A stretch of DNA of 64,000 nucleotides from an uncultured cyanobacterium (GTDB lineage: Bacteria > Cyanobacteriota > Cyanobacteriia > Cyanobacteriales > CAWUOF01): assembly GCA_963744145.1 (NCBI GenBank), contig CAVUSO010000001.1, forward strand, positions 2,688,001 to 2,752,000. The letters run 5' to 3'. The notes under the pieces were generated by a model. The model did no database searches. It worked only from the letters and a program-made list of their open reading frames with translations, and was not told the DNA's origin. The position numbers and the translations under genes were made by a program. Shown piece after piece: positions 50,606 through 61,294 of this stretch. The stretch's first letter is position 1. Each line of letters begins with the position of its first letter.

Positions 50606-50982
50606 AGATATTTATAGTTTTTTTTCGCTTGGGGACTAATTTTTAGACGAAAAGGCTAATATTTTTATTCGTCAGCCAGATATCAGCTATATTTTAACAT
50701 TAAACCTAGCTCTAGTTCAACCACTTACCCCCAAAAATATCAGTCTTATTCTGTCCAGTCCTACTAGAAGCGATCGCCCGTCAAATCCTGAACACTAATT
50801 GTTACTATTTGGTGCAGCGCGATCGCCTGCGAGACTATAATCATAATAGTAATATAATAGAGCCAAGATATTAGCGAGGTTTTTCAATGATGAGTACCCA
50901 AGCTGAACAAAGAAAACCTCTGGCTGGCTTGTGCGATCGCACTTTCTGAGTCAAATCCTAAACTCCGATGAAGATGCGATCG

Positions 50983-51888
50983 CTATTTACTCAAACGTCT
51001 TGTCAGTTCTTGAAATAGTTTTTCTTGCATCAAGTAGTCTACAGTCAAACAACATACCAAAGCTCCAAATGCTATATCTGGATCAGTAAAACCTTTTTTA
51101 TTCCTTGGAACATAATCATCAATATACCAGCAAAGAATCTGAATAAAATCATGACCCCGGATCTTGTTTCTAATTTCTAATAAATTTTTTCGTCGTAGTT
51201 CTTCAACTCTATCTAAAAAAGAAATCTGATCGGAAATTCGCTTATTCTTCTGAAGATATTTATTAACAAAGTGATGTGAATCAAATTTCAGATGACCACT
51301 TTCTTGTTTAAATGAGCGTTTGAATGACTTTGATTCTAACCACTCCATTCCATAACCCAAAGATTCGTTAGCTGCTCTAAGTAAAAATATTTCTTCAAGA
51401 ATAGGAGCAATATTTTTCAGGATATTAACAGCTTTTAAATTATCTATATTTAACGCTAAATTGAAAAACTTTTGAATAATATTATGATCAAAAAGATACA
51501 TTTCAATTGATGTATAATCAGTAAATAGTAAAAGTTCAGATTCTATATTTGAGCTTCCTATTATGTCATCAAAATCTTTATCAACAATACAAGTAACGTG
51601 AGGATATCCTACTTCAAAAATGCCTTGCAGTTTAAAAGCTAAAAAAATCACTCGACTACGATTACCGTCATTTAAGTTTAGCTTAGAAAGCTCATCTTGA
51701 GGTATGTCTACAGTATCTATTTCATAGATAGTAAAGTTTTCTATATCTAAATTCGACTCATTCAAAAACCATTGAATGATAGACTTGTCTGTTGATCCTT
51801 CAACATATATATCATATAGACTAGGTTCAAGCTCATAACGAGCAACTAACTCATCTAATTTACGGCGTTTCTCATCTTCCATTTTCAA
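50983..51888 (-). CDS. DUF4435 / TOPRIM-like protein (PARIS AriB-like)
   Basis: IYVEGSTD, IVDKDFD, YTSIEMYL, IRGHD motifs; overlaps the ATPase stop. Confidence 0.75.
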   Translation of the reverse strand: MKMEDEKRRKLDELVARYELEPSLYDIYVEGSTDKSIIQWFLNESNLDIENFTIYEIDTVDIPQDELSKLNLNDGNRSRVIFLAFKLQGIFEVGYPHVTCIVDKDFDDIIGSSNIESELLLFTDYTSIEMYLFDHNIIQKFFNLALNIDNLKAVNILKNIAPILEEIFLLRAANESLGYGMEWLESKSFKRSFKQESGHLKFDSHHFVNKYLQKNKRISDQISFLDRVEELRRKNLLEIRNKIRGHDFIQILCWYIDDYVPRNKKGFTDPDIAFGALVCCLTVDYLMQEKLFQELTRRLSK

Positions 51889-53293
51889 TCTCGTTGCTCA
51901 CATCTTGTAACTTAAATACATTCCTTTTATATTGAGCCAGTAACTCAATAGAATGAGTAGCAAGTACAAACTGAACTAAGCTACCCTTCGTCAGCTCAAG
52001 GAGTGCCCGAATAAGTTGCCGTTGCCATTTAATATTTAAAGATATTTCCGGTTCATCAATGATAAAAATTGTGGCTTTATCTCTTGCAGTTAGAGTATTA
52101 CAAAGCAATAGCAGCAGTTGTTTCTCACCCGATGAAAGTGATTCTGGAGAGATATCTTGGTTACCTTCAGTTTTTATTTTCAATCCCGTTCTAGCGTGTA
52201 ATTCAATTTTTTTATCATTAAAAAAGCTATTAACCGTACTTACAAAAAATTTCAACACATTTTGGGTCTCTTGTAACGCATTTAATCTTGCTGAAATGCT
52301 AGCAAGGTAGGGTTTTAAGACCTTCCAAGTGATGGGAAGAGTTGATTCAGTATTATTGGCAATTGAGTTGATGAGATTACCATTATCTAGTGGGGACATT
52401 AGACCAAAGTGAGAAAATTCTTTACTTCTATCTTCTAGTGCTTTTAATTCTTCAATTAATTGTTGTGATGATTTTGGAGTGTTTTCCTCTACTATTCCAC
52501 CTGATATACTGATTTTTGAAATAATATCTTCATATATTTTATGAACATTAGTTGAGCCTTCATTAGATCCTTTTAATGCTTGTTCTCGAATCCAATTTTC
52601 ACTATGGGCTATAGAAGTTTTTAATGCAAAGTCTCGATCTAGATTAGCAAAGTTAGAGCCTATTCTCAAAAAACGTCGCAGATCTTTTATTATAGATAAT
52701 GGGTCAATTTCTGCTTCTTTTGGCTCAAATTCTTTTGGCTCAAATAGATCGCTGTTGAGAACTCGATCATCACCAAGAAAAAATACATTCAACTGAAGTT
52801 CAGATAATTTTCTTAAAAAATCTTTATCTAAACCTTCAAGTTTTCGGTTATCATTGTATTTATATTCAACTTTAGAAATACTTACTCCTTTGTCTATAAG
52901 CTCGATTTGAAAAGACCCAAGTAAATCATTATTCTTCAGGTCAGTGAGCGTAGTTTGACTACGGGTAACTACTAGATCGATTCCACCTGCGAAAGAAACA
53001 GCAAATTTAGAAAAAGGTATTTGTGCTATAAAAGCACGATGTCCTCTGTCTTCAGAAGGAGAAAGAAGATGAAAAAGAAGTTTAAGAATAGTCGTTTTTC
53101 CAGAACCATTATCACCATATAAAATAAACAATGAGCTTAACGAGCCTGTACTTGCTATTTCCTTTGAAAGTATATAATTGTACCTTCCAAACAATTTTTC
53201 GATCTCAATACGAGTTACTGAAAGAAGAGACTCTCCTAATGCTAATATAGGATCAGGTTTATCTATAGCAGAAATAGTTGCTGGTTTAGACAT
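51872..53293 (-). CDS. ABC-type AAA ATPase (AAA_15/AAA_21; PARIS AriA-like)
   Basis: Walker A GDNGSGKTT, LSSGEKQ, Walker B IIDEPEISL, ATHS. Confidence 0.85.
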   Translation of the reverse strand: MSKPATISAIDKPDPILALGESLLSVTRIEIEKLFGRYNYILSKEIASTGSLSSLFILYGDNGSGKTTILKLLFHLLSPSEDRGHRAFIAQIPFSKFAVSFAGGIDLVVTRSQTTLTDLKNNDLLGSFQIELIDKGVSISKVEYKYNDNRKLEGLDKDFLRKLSELQLNVFFLGDDRVLNSDLFEPKEFEPKEAEIDPLSIIKDLRRFLRIGSNFANLDRDFALKTSIAHSENWIREQALKGSNEGSTNVHKIYEDIISKISISGGIVEENTPKSSQQLIEELKALEDRSKEFSHFGLMSPLDNGNLINSIANNTESTLPITWKVLKPYLASISARLNALQETQNVLKFFVSTVNSFFNDKKIELHARTGLKIKTEGNQDISPESLSSGEKQLLLLLCNTLTARDKATIFIIDEPEISLNIKWQRQLIRALLELTKGSLVQFVLATHSIELLAQYKRNVFKLQDVSNEIENGR

Positions 53294-53601
53294 AATTTTA
53301 TACGCTTACCTAAATTACTTGATAAGAACAACAACAAATTACCTTTCAAAATTAACATTCCTTAACTCATTATTCATTTTATTTTACAGTTAAGATTTAT
53401 TTACTAGAAAAGCCCAACTAAATATTTATCTACTTGTGTGGTAGAATATTTCCTTGAAAATACCACATATTGCGTGCCCAGTCAATAGTTCTATTAAAAT
53501 TATGTCCATTACTGAAATTAAACCTTTAGAATTAATCTTTCAGGAAACCCAAAAGTTTTGAAATATTTCCAAGTTTTTTAACCAATTACCTACTAGCGCA
53601 A

Positions 53602-54249
53602 ATGTCTGAATTAATCCCAGAATCTATCCCAGAATTACCTAAAAATTTGTTAAAGCAAGCTGACCCAATTTTAGGTAAATTAATTGACCAATTAGGTGAT
53701 ATTGATCAGGTTGATATATCCACGACTGATCTACCGACTAATGACTTATTCTCTGCGATCGCGAAAGCTATTATTTCTCAACAGATATCTACCAAAGCTG
53801 CTGGGACTATTTATGAAAGGTTTTTAGCTCTTTATGCTGATAGCTCCGGTTTAACTGCTCAAGAACTTCTAGATACTCCCGCAGATATATTACGCTCTGT
53901 TGGTATTTCTAGACCTAAAATTATATATCTTCAAGATTTAGCCCAAAAGGTACTAGCAGGATTACCAACTATAGAAAAATTGCAAGTAATGGACGATGAA
54001 ACCATTATTAGGATATTAACAGAAATCAAAGGAGTTGGCATTTGGACAGTGCAAATGTTTCTAATTTTTAATTTGCACCGTCCTGATGTTTTACCTGTAA
54101 ATGATTTAGGGATTCGGACTGCTATTAAAAAATTGTACCAGTTGGAAACCTTACCTACTCAAGCAACTATTTTAGAATTAGGAAATTCCTGGAAACCTGA
54201 TCGTTCTTTAGCTTGTCGGTATCTCTGGAAAAGTCTAACGCTCCAGTAA
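53602..54249 (+). CDS. DNA-3-methyladenine glycosylase (AlkA-like HhH-GPD)
   Basis: IISQQISTKAA, HhH IKGVGIWT, PDVLPVNDLG, WKP.RS. Confidence 0.9.
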   Translation: MSELIPESIPELPKNLLKQADPILGKLIDQLGDIDQVDISTTDLPTNDLFSAIAKAIISQQISTKAAGTIYERFLALYADSSGLTAQELLDTPADILRSVGISRPKIIYLQDLAQKVLAGLPTIEKLQVMDDETIIRILTEIKGVGIWTVQMFLIFNLHRPDVLPVNDLGIRTAIKKLYQLETLPTQATILELGNSWKPDRSLACRYLWKSLTLQ

Positions 54250-54290
54250 AAATCACCTAGGTTAAATCAGCGATCGCAATTGGCAATAAT

Positions 54291-55076
54291 TTAAAAAAAG
54301 GATGGTGAATTTAAGATAGAATGGAGATGAACAACTGAACCAATAATCGCGATCGCTGGTGAACTAAATTCAGTCCTTTGCATTTGGTTAACGATCGTTG
54401 CTAATGTACCGATCAATTTTTGTTGTTCTGGTCTAGTACCCCACCGAATTAAAGCAACTGGAGTTTCTAGATTTAATCCAGCATGAGTGAGATTTTCAAC
54501 AATTTGACTCATGTTGTGAATTCCCATATATATTACGATTGTTTCTGAACCACGCGCGATCGCTTCCCAACAAATTTCTGGTCGATATTTACCAATTGCT
54601 TCATGACCAGTAACAAAGGTAACTGAGGAACTATAATCTCGATGGGTTAAAGGTATTCCAGCATAAGCTGGTGCTGCTATTCCTGATGTAATTCCTGGTA
54701 CTACCTCAACTGCTATTCCTGCTTTAATTAATGCTTCCATTTCTTCTCCACCACGTCCAAAAATAAAAGGATCACCACCTTTTAAACGTACTACTATGGG
54801 ATGTTGTTGCGCTTTGGTAATTAATAATTGGTTAGTCTCTTCCTGTAATAATGAATGTCTTCCCATCCGTTTACCTGCATCAATTTTTTCTGCTTGGGGA
54901 TTAATCATCGCAATAATTGGAGGACTAACTAAAGCGTCATAAATTACTACATCTGCACATTCTAATAGGGTTTTACCTTTGAGAGTAAATAAACCTGGAT
55001 CTCCTGGTCCTGCACCTACTAAATATACTTTTCCTAAACACTTTTGTTCGGTGATAGTGATTAGGTCTGTTCTCAT
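54291..55076 (-). CDS. cobA: Uroporphyrinogen-III C-methyltransferase
   Basis: VGAGPGDPGL, RLKGGDPFIFGRGGEE, VPGITS. Confidence 0.95.
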   Translation of the reverse strand: MRTDLITITEQKCLGKVYLVGAGPGDPGLFTLKGKTLLECADVVIYDALVSPPIIAMINPQAEKIDAGKRMGRHSLLQEETNQLLITKAQQHPIVVRLKGGDPFIFGRGGEEMEALIKAGIAVEVVPGITSGIAAPAYAGIPLTHRDYSSSVTFVTGHEAIGKYRPEICWEAIARGSETIVIYMGIHNMSQIVENLTHAGLNLETPVALIRWGTRPEQQKLIGTLATIVNQMQRTEFSSPAIAIIGSVVHLHSILNSPSFF

Positions 55077-55152
55077 TGTCTTGGGGTTCCTTTTCGGTTA
55101 AATATCTGATTGTTAGTTTAAAATATTAATGATAGAAAAATTGATATATTTA

Positions 55153-55929
55153 CTACCAATTTTCCTGATTTACAGTCAAATTTACTTGCATAAAATCTAA
55201 AACTAAATTAGCTAATTCCACAGTTAAACCCATCGGTTCAGCGAGTTTAAATTCTTGGATCGGGTAGGTTTGGGAAAGTTGGGCTAATTTTTGAGCGATC
55301 GCATCTGTAATCCCACCAGGAAATAAAAAATAAGGTAAAATCCCGATCCGTTTATATCCTAAATTTACCAACTTTTTGATCTGTATTTCTAGAGTAGGTT
55401 CCATCACCCAGTATGCAGGTATTGCTCCTAATTGACGAGCCCGATTTTCGACAGGTTGATTTCCCCCCAAATGACGACTACCGTGAGCTAATAATATCCA
55501 AATTTCCGCAGTGATCGCTTGTTGTTGTCTGAGCAGGAGATGAATTAAACGGGGATGGGAACCTAAATAGGGACGGAGATTAACTGTAATATCTGTACCT
55601 AACCAACGCTGTGCGATCGCGACTTGAGTCGGAATATCTGCTTGAACATGAACTCCTGGTAATAAAAATAAGGGTAGTAATTGAATTTGAGTTAATCCGA
55701 GCGATCGAGTAGTTTGAGCAAACTGAATTAATTGTTCTGCTAGAGAAATATCAGTTAATTCGAGAGTCCCGGTTTTGACTAAAGGAAAAGATTCCCTGGT
55801 CCGGGACTGGGAGGGGGAATTAGTGAGAGTGGGTAAGCGATCGCGTAAATATCCAGCTAACTTTTCACAAGCAACGTGAGGACGTGGATCGCGACTACCA
55901 TGAGCAACTAGAAAATAACTTGAGGTCAA
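55153..55929 (-). CDS. Sirohydrochlorin chelatase (SirB/CbiX family)
   Basis: VAHGSRDP, PLFLLPGVHVQADIP, LAHGSR, PYFLFPG. Confidence 0.88.
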   Translation of the reverse strand: MTSSYFLVAHGSRDPRPHVACEKLAGYLRDRLPTLTNSPSQSRTRESFPLVKTGTLELTDISLAEQLIQFAQTTRSLGLTQIQLLPLFLLPGVHVQADIPTQVAIAQRWLGTDITVNLRPYLGSHPRLIHLLLRQQQAITAEIWILLAHGSRHLGGNQPVENRARQLGAIPAYWVMEPTLEIQIKKLVNLGYKRIGILPYFLFPGGITDAIAQKLAQLSQTYPIQEFKLAEPMGLTVELANLVLDFMQVNLTVNQENW

Positions 55930-55997
55930 TGGCGATATTAACTTGCTGGGTAAATTAAGTATAACTATAATTAATTATAACTCAATCTTGCCACAAC

Positions 55998-58880
55998 TTG
56001 GATCTAGACTTGACTCAATCCTTATTAACCTCCATGTTATCGTTAATCAGTTTAAGACGGTATCGTCTACCAGCTTTACTATTCAGCCTCTGTCTGAGTA
56101 TTGTGCTAATATTTTCTGGGAAAGCAATTTCTGCAACTGTAACCAGTATTCCGACCCAGTCACCTGAAGTCACCATCCTAGCATCGGGAGCTTCCGACCC
56201 ATCCTTACTGACTGAAGGAGTACAGAAAACAGTCTTAGATAATGGGTTAACCGTGCTAACTAAAGAAGTCCATACAGCACCAGTAGTCAGTGTCCAGGTA
56301 TGGTACAAAGTTGGTTCACGTAATGAAGCACCTGGAGTAAATGGAATTGCTCATCAACTTGAACACCTCTTATTTAAAGGTACAACCGACCGACCAATCC
56401 AGTTTGGACGTTTATTTAGTGCATTAGGAAGCGAATCAAATGCTTTTACCAGTTATGATGAAACTGCTTATTTTGGGACAGTAGAACGAAATAAGCTCAA
56501 AGCAATGCTAACTTTAGAAGCAGATCGGATGCAAAATTCCCTGATTAATGCAAATTCGCTCAATAGTGAAAAACGAGTAGTAATTTCTGAGTTACAGGGA
56601 TATGAAAACTATCCTAGCTATCGTCTGAGTCGTGCAATTATGCACAGTGCAATTCCGGATCATCCCTACGGGTTAATGGTAGGTGGTACGAAAGCAGATG
56701 TAGAAAAATTTACTGTCGATCAAGTCCGGGATTATTACCATAATTATTACAGCCCGAATAATGCTACTCTAGTAGTGGTAGGAGATTTTCAGACAGATAC
56801 TACCCAAAAATGGATCAAAGAAACTTTTGGGAAAGTATCTAACAATAATTCAGACCTAACCAAACCAAACAACTTAAATAACCAGTCAAAAGTTTTATTT
56901 CCCACTCCTCCCCCTCCATCCAGCAAACCAATTGGGAAAACTCCCATAATTTTGCAAGAACCAGGAAGTGCTGCGTTATTAGAGACAGTTTATCTGTTAC
57001 CAGATGTAAATCATCCTGATGTACCAGCTTTGGATTTAATGGATTATATTTTGACGGGAGGAAGAACTTCTCGTCTGTATCAAGCTTTAGTAGAAACTGG
57101 GTTAACTAGCGATATTTCTGGTTATGTAGCTACTTTAGCTGAGGGAGGTTGGTATGAATTGTCAGCTACAGCTACTCATAGTCAAGATTTACCCAAAATC
57201 CAGCAAGTTTTGATCAAGACGATCGCAGATTTACAAGAACAGGGAATTAGTTCGGAAGAACTAAACCGAGCTAAAGCACAAGTAAAAGCTTCAGTGATTT
57301 TCCAAAATCGCGATATTCCCAACCAAGCAATGCAATTAGGTAATGATCAAACTACGACAGGGGACTATCGCTGGAGCGATCGCTTTTTAGCTGCGATCGA
57401 CCAAGTTAGCACCAGTGATATTCAGCGAGTAGCACAAAATTATCTGAGTATAGCTAATCGAACTGAAGGATTTTTTGAACCAACTAAAACCAATGGTGGA
57501 CTGACAAATAATGCTACCGCATCTAGACAAACTTCTGAGCATTTTAATCAAGGTCCTCCGGTCGATCCAGCACAAGTTGCTAAATATCTCCCAGAGATTC
57601 CCAAAACCACAACTTCCGCTAATCAAGATTTACCAGTAAAAATTACCTTATCTAATGGAATCAGGGTTCTCCTTCTAAGCGATCGCAGCAATCCTACCAT
57701 CACCTTAAGTGGTCAGATTTTTGCGGGGACAGAATTTGACCCCAAATCACAAGCTGGTTTAGCTAGTTTAACAGCACAAAGCTTAATGCACGGAACTAAA
57801 ACCCAAGATGCAATTAGCTTAAGTAAAGCTTTAGACGATCGGGGTGCTAGTTTAAGTTTTAGTGCTAATCGAGAAGGAGTCAGTGTTCAGGGTAATAGTT
57901 TAGCTCCAGATTTATCGGTTTTAATCGCTACTTTTGCTGATGTCGTCCAAAATGCGACTTTTCCCACAGATAAATTGGAAATAACTCGTCAGCAGTTTTT
58001 AACCGAGTTAAAAGTAGAGTTAGATGACCCAGCAATTTTAGCTCGACGAGTATTTCAACAATCGATTTATCCAGAAAATCATCCTTTCCATAGCTTTCCC
58101 ACCGAAGCTAGTTTGCAAAGTATTAAACGGGATGATATTCTGAACTTTTACCAAAATCATTATCGTCCAGATACGATCATCCTGAGTTTACTTGGTGATT
58201 TTGATCCAAACCAAGTGCGATCGCTCCTCGAAAGTCAGCTTGGTAATTGGAAAGCGACGGGAACAGCACCAGAGTTAAACTTTCCCTCCGTCGAACTACC
58301 CCTATCCATGAGCGAGTTACATGAAGTCATCCCCGGTAAAGCTCAAGCAGTAACCTTAATGGGTTATAAAGGAATTAACCGCAGTGATCCACGCTACTAT
58401 GCAGCTTTAGTATTAAATCAGATTTTGGGAGGAGATACTTTAGCTAGTCGTTTAGGTACAGAAATTCGCGATCGGTTAGGATTGACCTATGGAATATATA
58501 GTTATTTCCAAGCAGGTCTGAATTCTGGACCGTTTTTGATTCAAATGCAAACTGCACCAGAAGATGCAAATCGAGCGATCGCGAGGACTATAGAGCTAGT
58601 TCAAAAAATGCACGATAATGGAGTAACAGAAGCAGAAGTACGAGCAGCACAGCGGTCATTAACTAGTAGCTATACAGTTACTCTAGCTGAGACCAATTCT
58701 TTAGCTTATAGCATTTTAATGAATGAAGTGTATGGTTTAGGTAGCGAACAACTCCGTCAATTTCCATCGAAAATTCAGTCTGTGACTACTGATCAGGTAA
58801 GTAAATCAGCTCAAGAGTTACTCCATCCTGATCATTTATTAGTAGTGACAGCTGGTCCATCAACCTCAGCTACTCGATAA
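55998..58880 (+). CDS. M16-family zinc peptidase
   Basis: HQLEHLLFKGT (HxxEH), NAFTSYD, second half with SRLGTEIRDRLGLTY; start may be the ATG at 56034. Confidence 0.93.
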   Translation: MDLDLTQSLLTSMLSLISLRRYRLPALLFSLCLSIVLIFSGKAISATVTSIPTQSPEVTILASGASDPSLLTEGVQKTVLDNGLTVLTKEVHTAPVVSVQVWYKVGSRNEAPGVNGIAHQLEHLLFKGTTDRPIQFGRLFSALGSESNAFTSYDETAYFGTVERNKLKAMLTLEADRMQNSLINANSLNSEKRVVISELQGYENYPSYRLSRAIMHSAIPDHPYGLMVGGTKADVEKFTVDQVRDYYHNYYSPNNATLVVVGDFQTDTTQKWIKETFGKVSNNNSDLTKPNNLNNQSKVLFPTPPPPSSKPIGKTPIILQEPGSAALLETVYLLPDVNHPDVPALDLMDYILTGGRTSRLYQALVETGLTSDISGYVATLAEGGWYELSATATHSQDLPKIQQVLIKTIADLQEQGISSEELNRAKAQVKASVIFQNRDIPNQAMQLGNDQTTTGDYRWSDRFLAAIDQVSTSDIQRVAQNYLSIANRTEGFFEPTKTNGGLTNNATASRQTSEHFNQGPPVDPAQVAKYLPEIPKTTTSANQDLPVKITLSNGIRVLLLSDRSNPTITLSGQIFAGTEFDPKSQAGLASLTAQSLMHGTKTQDAISLSKALDDRGASLSFSANREGVSVQGNSLAPDLSVLIATFADVVQNATFPTDKLEITRQQFLTELKVELDDPAILARRVFQQSIYPENHPFHSFPTEASLQSIKRDDILNFYQNHYRPDTIILSLLGDFDPNQVRSLLESQLGNWKATGTAPELNFPSVELPLSMSELHEVIPGKAQAVTLMGYKGINRSDPRYYAALVLNQILGGDTLASRLGTEIRDRLGLTYGIYSYFQAGLNSGPFLIQMQTAPEDANRAIARTIELVQKMHDNGVTEAEVRAAQRSLTSSYTVTLAETNSLAYSILMNEVYGLGSEQLRQFPSKIQSVTTDQVSKSAQELLHPDHLLVVTAGPSTSATR

Positions 58881-59096
58881 ACCTTCCTCAGACATCTAAA
58901 AAATTGATCCCCTCATCATCGTCTGAGTCACACTGGACACTGAATTCAAAGTCCCTCCTGCTTAGTCAGGAGGATTTAAGGGGATCAAATCCAATTTGTC
59001 ATTTTCCCTAAACCTCATGGCAGAATGATATAGTTGGATCTACAAACTCCATCCCCAAGCAAACAAATTGGTCATAATTAATTACCGAATAATCCT

Positions 59097-59609
59097 ATGC
59101 TACAATCAATTTTTTACTTATTGGCTCAATGGGTATCAAAACGTTTTTTCATCCTATTAGTGGTGATATTTTCGATTAGTTTAGTTTGGATACCTGTCGG
59201 ATTTGCTGCTCCAATTCAGATTTCTGATGCTGATCTAGCAACTCAATCAGCGATCGCAATTAATGTTGATCTAGGTAACTCCACTAATGAACTGAAGTTT
59301 TTTCCCAACCAGCTTAATTTAATCGCAGGAAAACGTTATCAACTAATTTTGAAAAATCCTAGTCCCCAAAAACATTATTTTACCGCTAAAGATTTTGCTG
59401 ATGTCAGTTGGACTCAGAAAGTTGAAGCTGGTCGAGTAGAAATTAAAGGTGGGATTAGGGAACTAGAACTTAAACCGGGTTCAGAAGCACAATGGGTTTT
59501 AATACCGATCAAATCTGGTAAATATCATCTACATTGTTCGATTCCAGGACATACAGAAGCAGGAATGACTGGGACAATTACCATTTTAGCCCAGCCAGTA
59601 TCTAGCTAA
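59097..59609 (+). CDS. Cupredoxin / plastocyanin-azurin family copper protein
   Basis: Signal region, KHYF, C-terminal CSIPGHTEAGM type-1 Cu ligands. Confidence 0.85.
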   Translation: MLQSIFYLLAQWVSKRFFILLVVIFSISLVWIPVGFAAPIQISDADLATQSAIAINVDLGNSTNELKFFPNQLNLIAGKRYQLILKNPSPQKHYFTAKDFADVSWTQKVEAGRVEIKGGIRELELKPGSEAQWVLIPIKSGKYHLHCSIPGHTEAGMTGTITILAQPVSS

Positions 59610-59649
59610 GTTTTAGTTTAAAATATCGCTAACGATCCATTAATATCAA

Positions 59650-60477
59650 ATGAAAATTTTCAGTCATCTGCTTCCTCAAACATCCCAATTACCTCCGCTC
59701 CCCAAACAACGTCGCGGAATTGAGATTAAGTCAAATCAGGAAATTGCAATTATGCGACAAGCTGGGAAAATTGTCGCTACTGTGTTGAAAGAAATTTCCC
59801 AAATGGTTCAACCAGGAATGACTACTGCTGATTTAGATGTTTATGCTGAAAAACGCATTCGGTCAATGGATGCAATTCCTAGTTTTAAAGGTTATCATGG
59901 TTTTCCTGGCTCAATTTGCGCTTGTCTGAATCATGAAGTAGTACATGGAATTCCTAATCGCAAAAAAATCATTCGAGCTGGAGATGTTCTGAAAGTTGAT
60001 ACAGGTGCTTATTATCAAGGATTTCATGGTGACTCCTGTATCACGATCGCAATTCTCGAAGTGACACCAGAAGCAGAGAAATTAATTCGGGTTGCTCAAG
60101 AAGCTCTGTATAAAGGAATTGAACAAGTAAAAGCAGGAAACTATCTTTTAGATATTGCGATCGCGATTCAAGATCATGTAGAAAGTAATGGTTTTACTGT
60201 AGTCGAAAACTTTACTGGTCATGGGGTTGGTCGGAATTTGCACGAAGAACCTTCTGTGTTTAATTTTCGGACTCGTGATCTCCCAAATGTGAAGCTTCGA
60301 GCTGGAATGACTTTAGCGATCGAACCGATTTTAAATGCTGGTTCTAAGTTTACTCGGACTTTAGCCGATCGCTGGACAGCAGTAACTGTTGATAATGCTT
60401 TATCTGCACAATTTGAACATACAGTTTTGGTGACTGACAATGGTTATGAAATTTTAACCGATCGGACTCAAGTTTAA
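59650..60477 (+). CDS. map: Methionine aminopeptidase type I
   Basis: [37 protein letters not shown]. Confidence 0.96.
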   Translation: MKIFSHLLPQTSQLPPLPKQRRGIEIKSNQEIAIMRQAGKIVATVLKEISQMVQPGMTTADLDVYAEKRIRSMDAIPSFKGYHGFPGSICACLNHEVVHGIPNRKKIIRAGDVLKVDTGAYYQGFHGDSCITIAILEVTPEAEKLIRVAQEALYKGIEQVKAGNYLLDIAIAIQDHVESNGFTVVENFTGHGVGRNLHEEPSVFNFRTRDLPNVKLRAGMTLAIEPILNAGSKFTRTLADRWTAVTVDNALSAQFEHTVLVTDNGYEILTDRTQV

Positions 60478-60491
60478 TGGTAACCCCAGGA

Positions 60492-60516
60492 GTAGGGACT
60501 TGCATGATGTCCCTAC
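60492..60516. terminator. REP-like hairpin between convergent genes
   Basis: GTAGGGAC-ttgcatgat-GTCCCTAC. Confidence 0.5.
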
Positions 60517-60541
60517 CTATTCAAAAATAAAGCCAATTATA

Positions 60542-61162
60542 TCAGCAATATTGCAACTCTAACACCTGATCTTCTAATTCTTCATCTGCGAATTCTTCAT
60601 CGAGGAAGATTTCATCACAAAAAACCATATTAGTCGATAAATTGCGAGCTAAAGCTATACCTGTTGCTTGACAATATCTTTTCGCAAATCTTTTCGCTTG
60701 ATTTTTATTTAAAAAACCGCGATTTAAGATTTCTACTTCTAACCAACCGAGTCGATCGCTATCTGGTAAAGATTCTCGTTCAAATATAGAAACTCTCCAA
60801 CTATCTAGATCGGGAACATCAGGAAATTCTATTTCTTGCTCCACCTGAAAAGATTCCTGATCCCACAAAAAATCTTCATAGACACTACGGTTACTAACAT
60901 AATAGACACATTGATCGCCGATCTCAATCTTGCGTACAACTCCCATCCCAGGATTAACATATTTCCAAGTTTTCTTTTGTTTAAAGATTAAGGGAATCAG
61001 CTCATCCACCGATTGGGGGTGCTGGTCAATATATTCGAGAGCTTCCTCGGATGTCCGAAAAAATTCTTTGGTTTTGCAACCATAAGGATCGATAATCTGA
61101 AAACGACCTTTGCTAGCTGGACGGATAGAATAGCCTTTGTGGTTTTGTTCAAGATGCAACAT
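60542..61162 (-). CDS. Hypothetical protein with acidic C-terminus
   Basis: 206-aa ORF; family not recognised. Confidence 0.6.
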   Translation of the reverse strand: MLHLEQNHKGYSIRPASKGRFQIIDPYGCKTKEFFRTSEEALEYIDQHPQSVDELIPLIFKQKKTWKYVNPGMGVVRKIEIGDQCVYYVSNRSVYEDFLWDQESFQVEQEIEFPDVPDLDSWRVSIFERESLPDSDRLGWLEVEILNRGFLNKNQAKRFAKRYCQATGIALARNLSTNMVFCDEIFLDEEFADEELEDQVLELQYC

Positions 61163-61294
61163 AAAAAATATATATCATGTGCCAAAGTTTCGATTATAAG
61201 CGATCGCTGGTGAAAATAATATTAATTAAAGTAAAAATATGAGAAAATTTACGGAAAGACTCAATTATATGAGAAAACCTCCTGAGATTTACTT

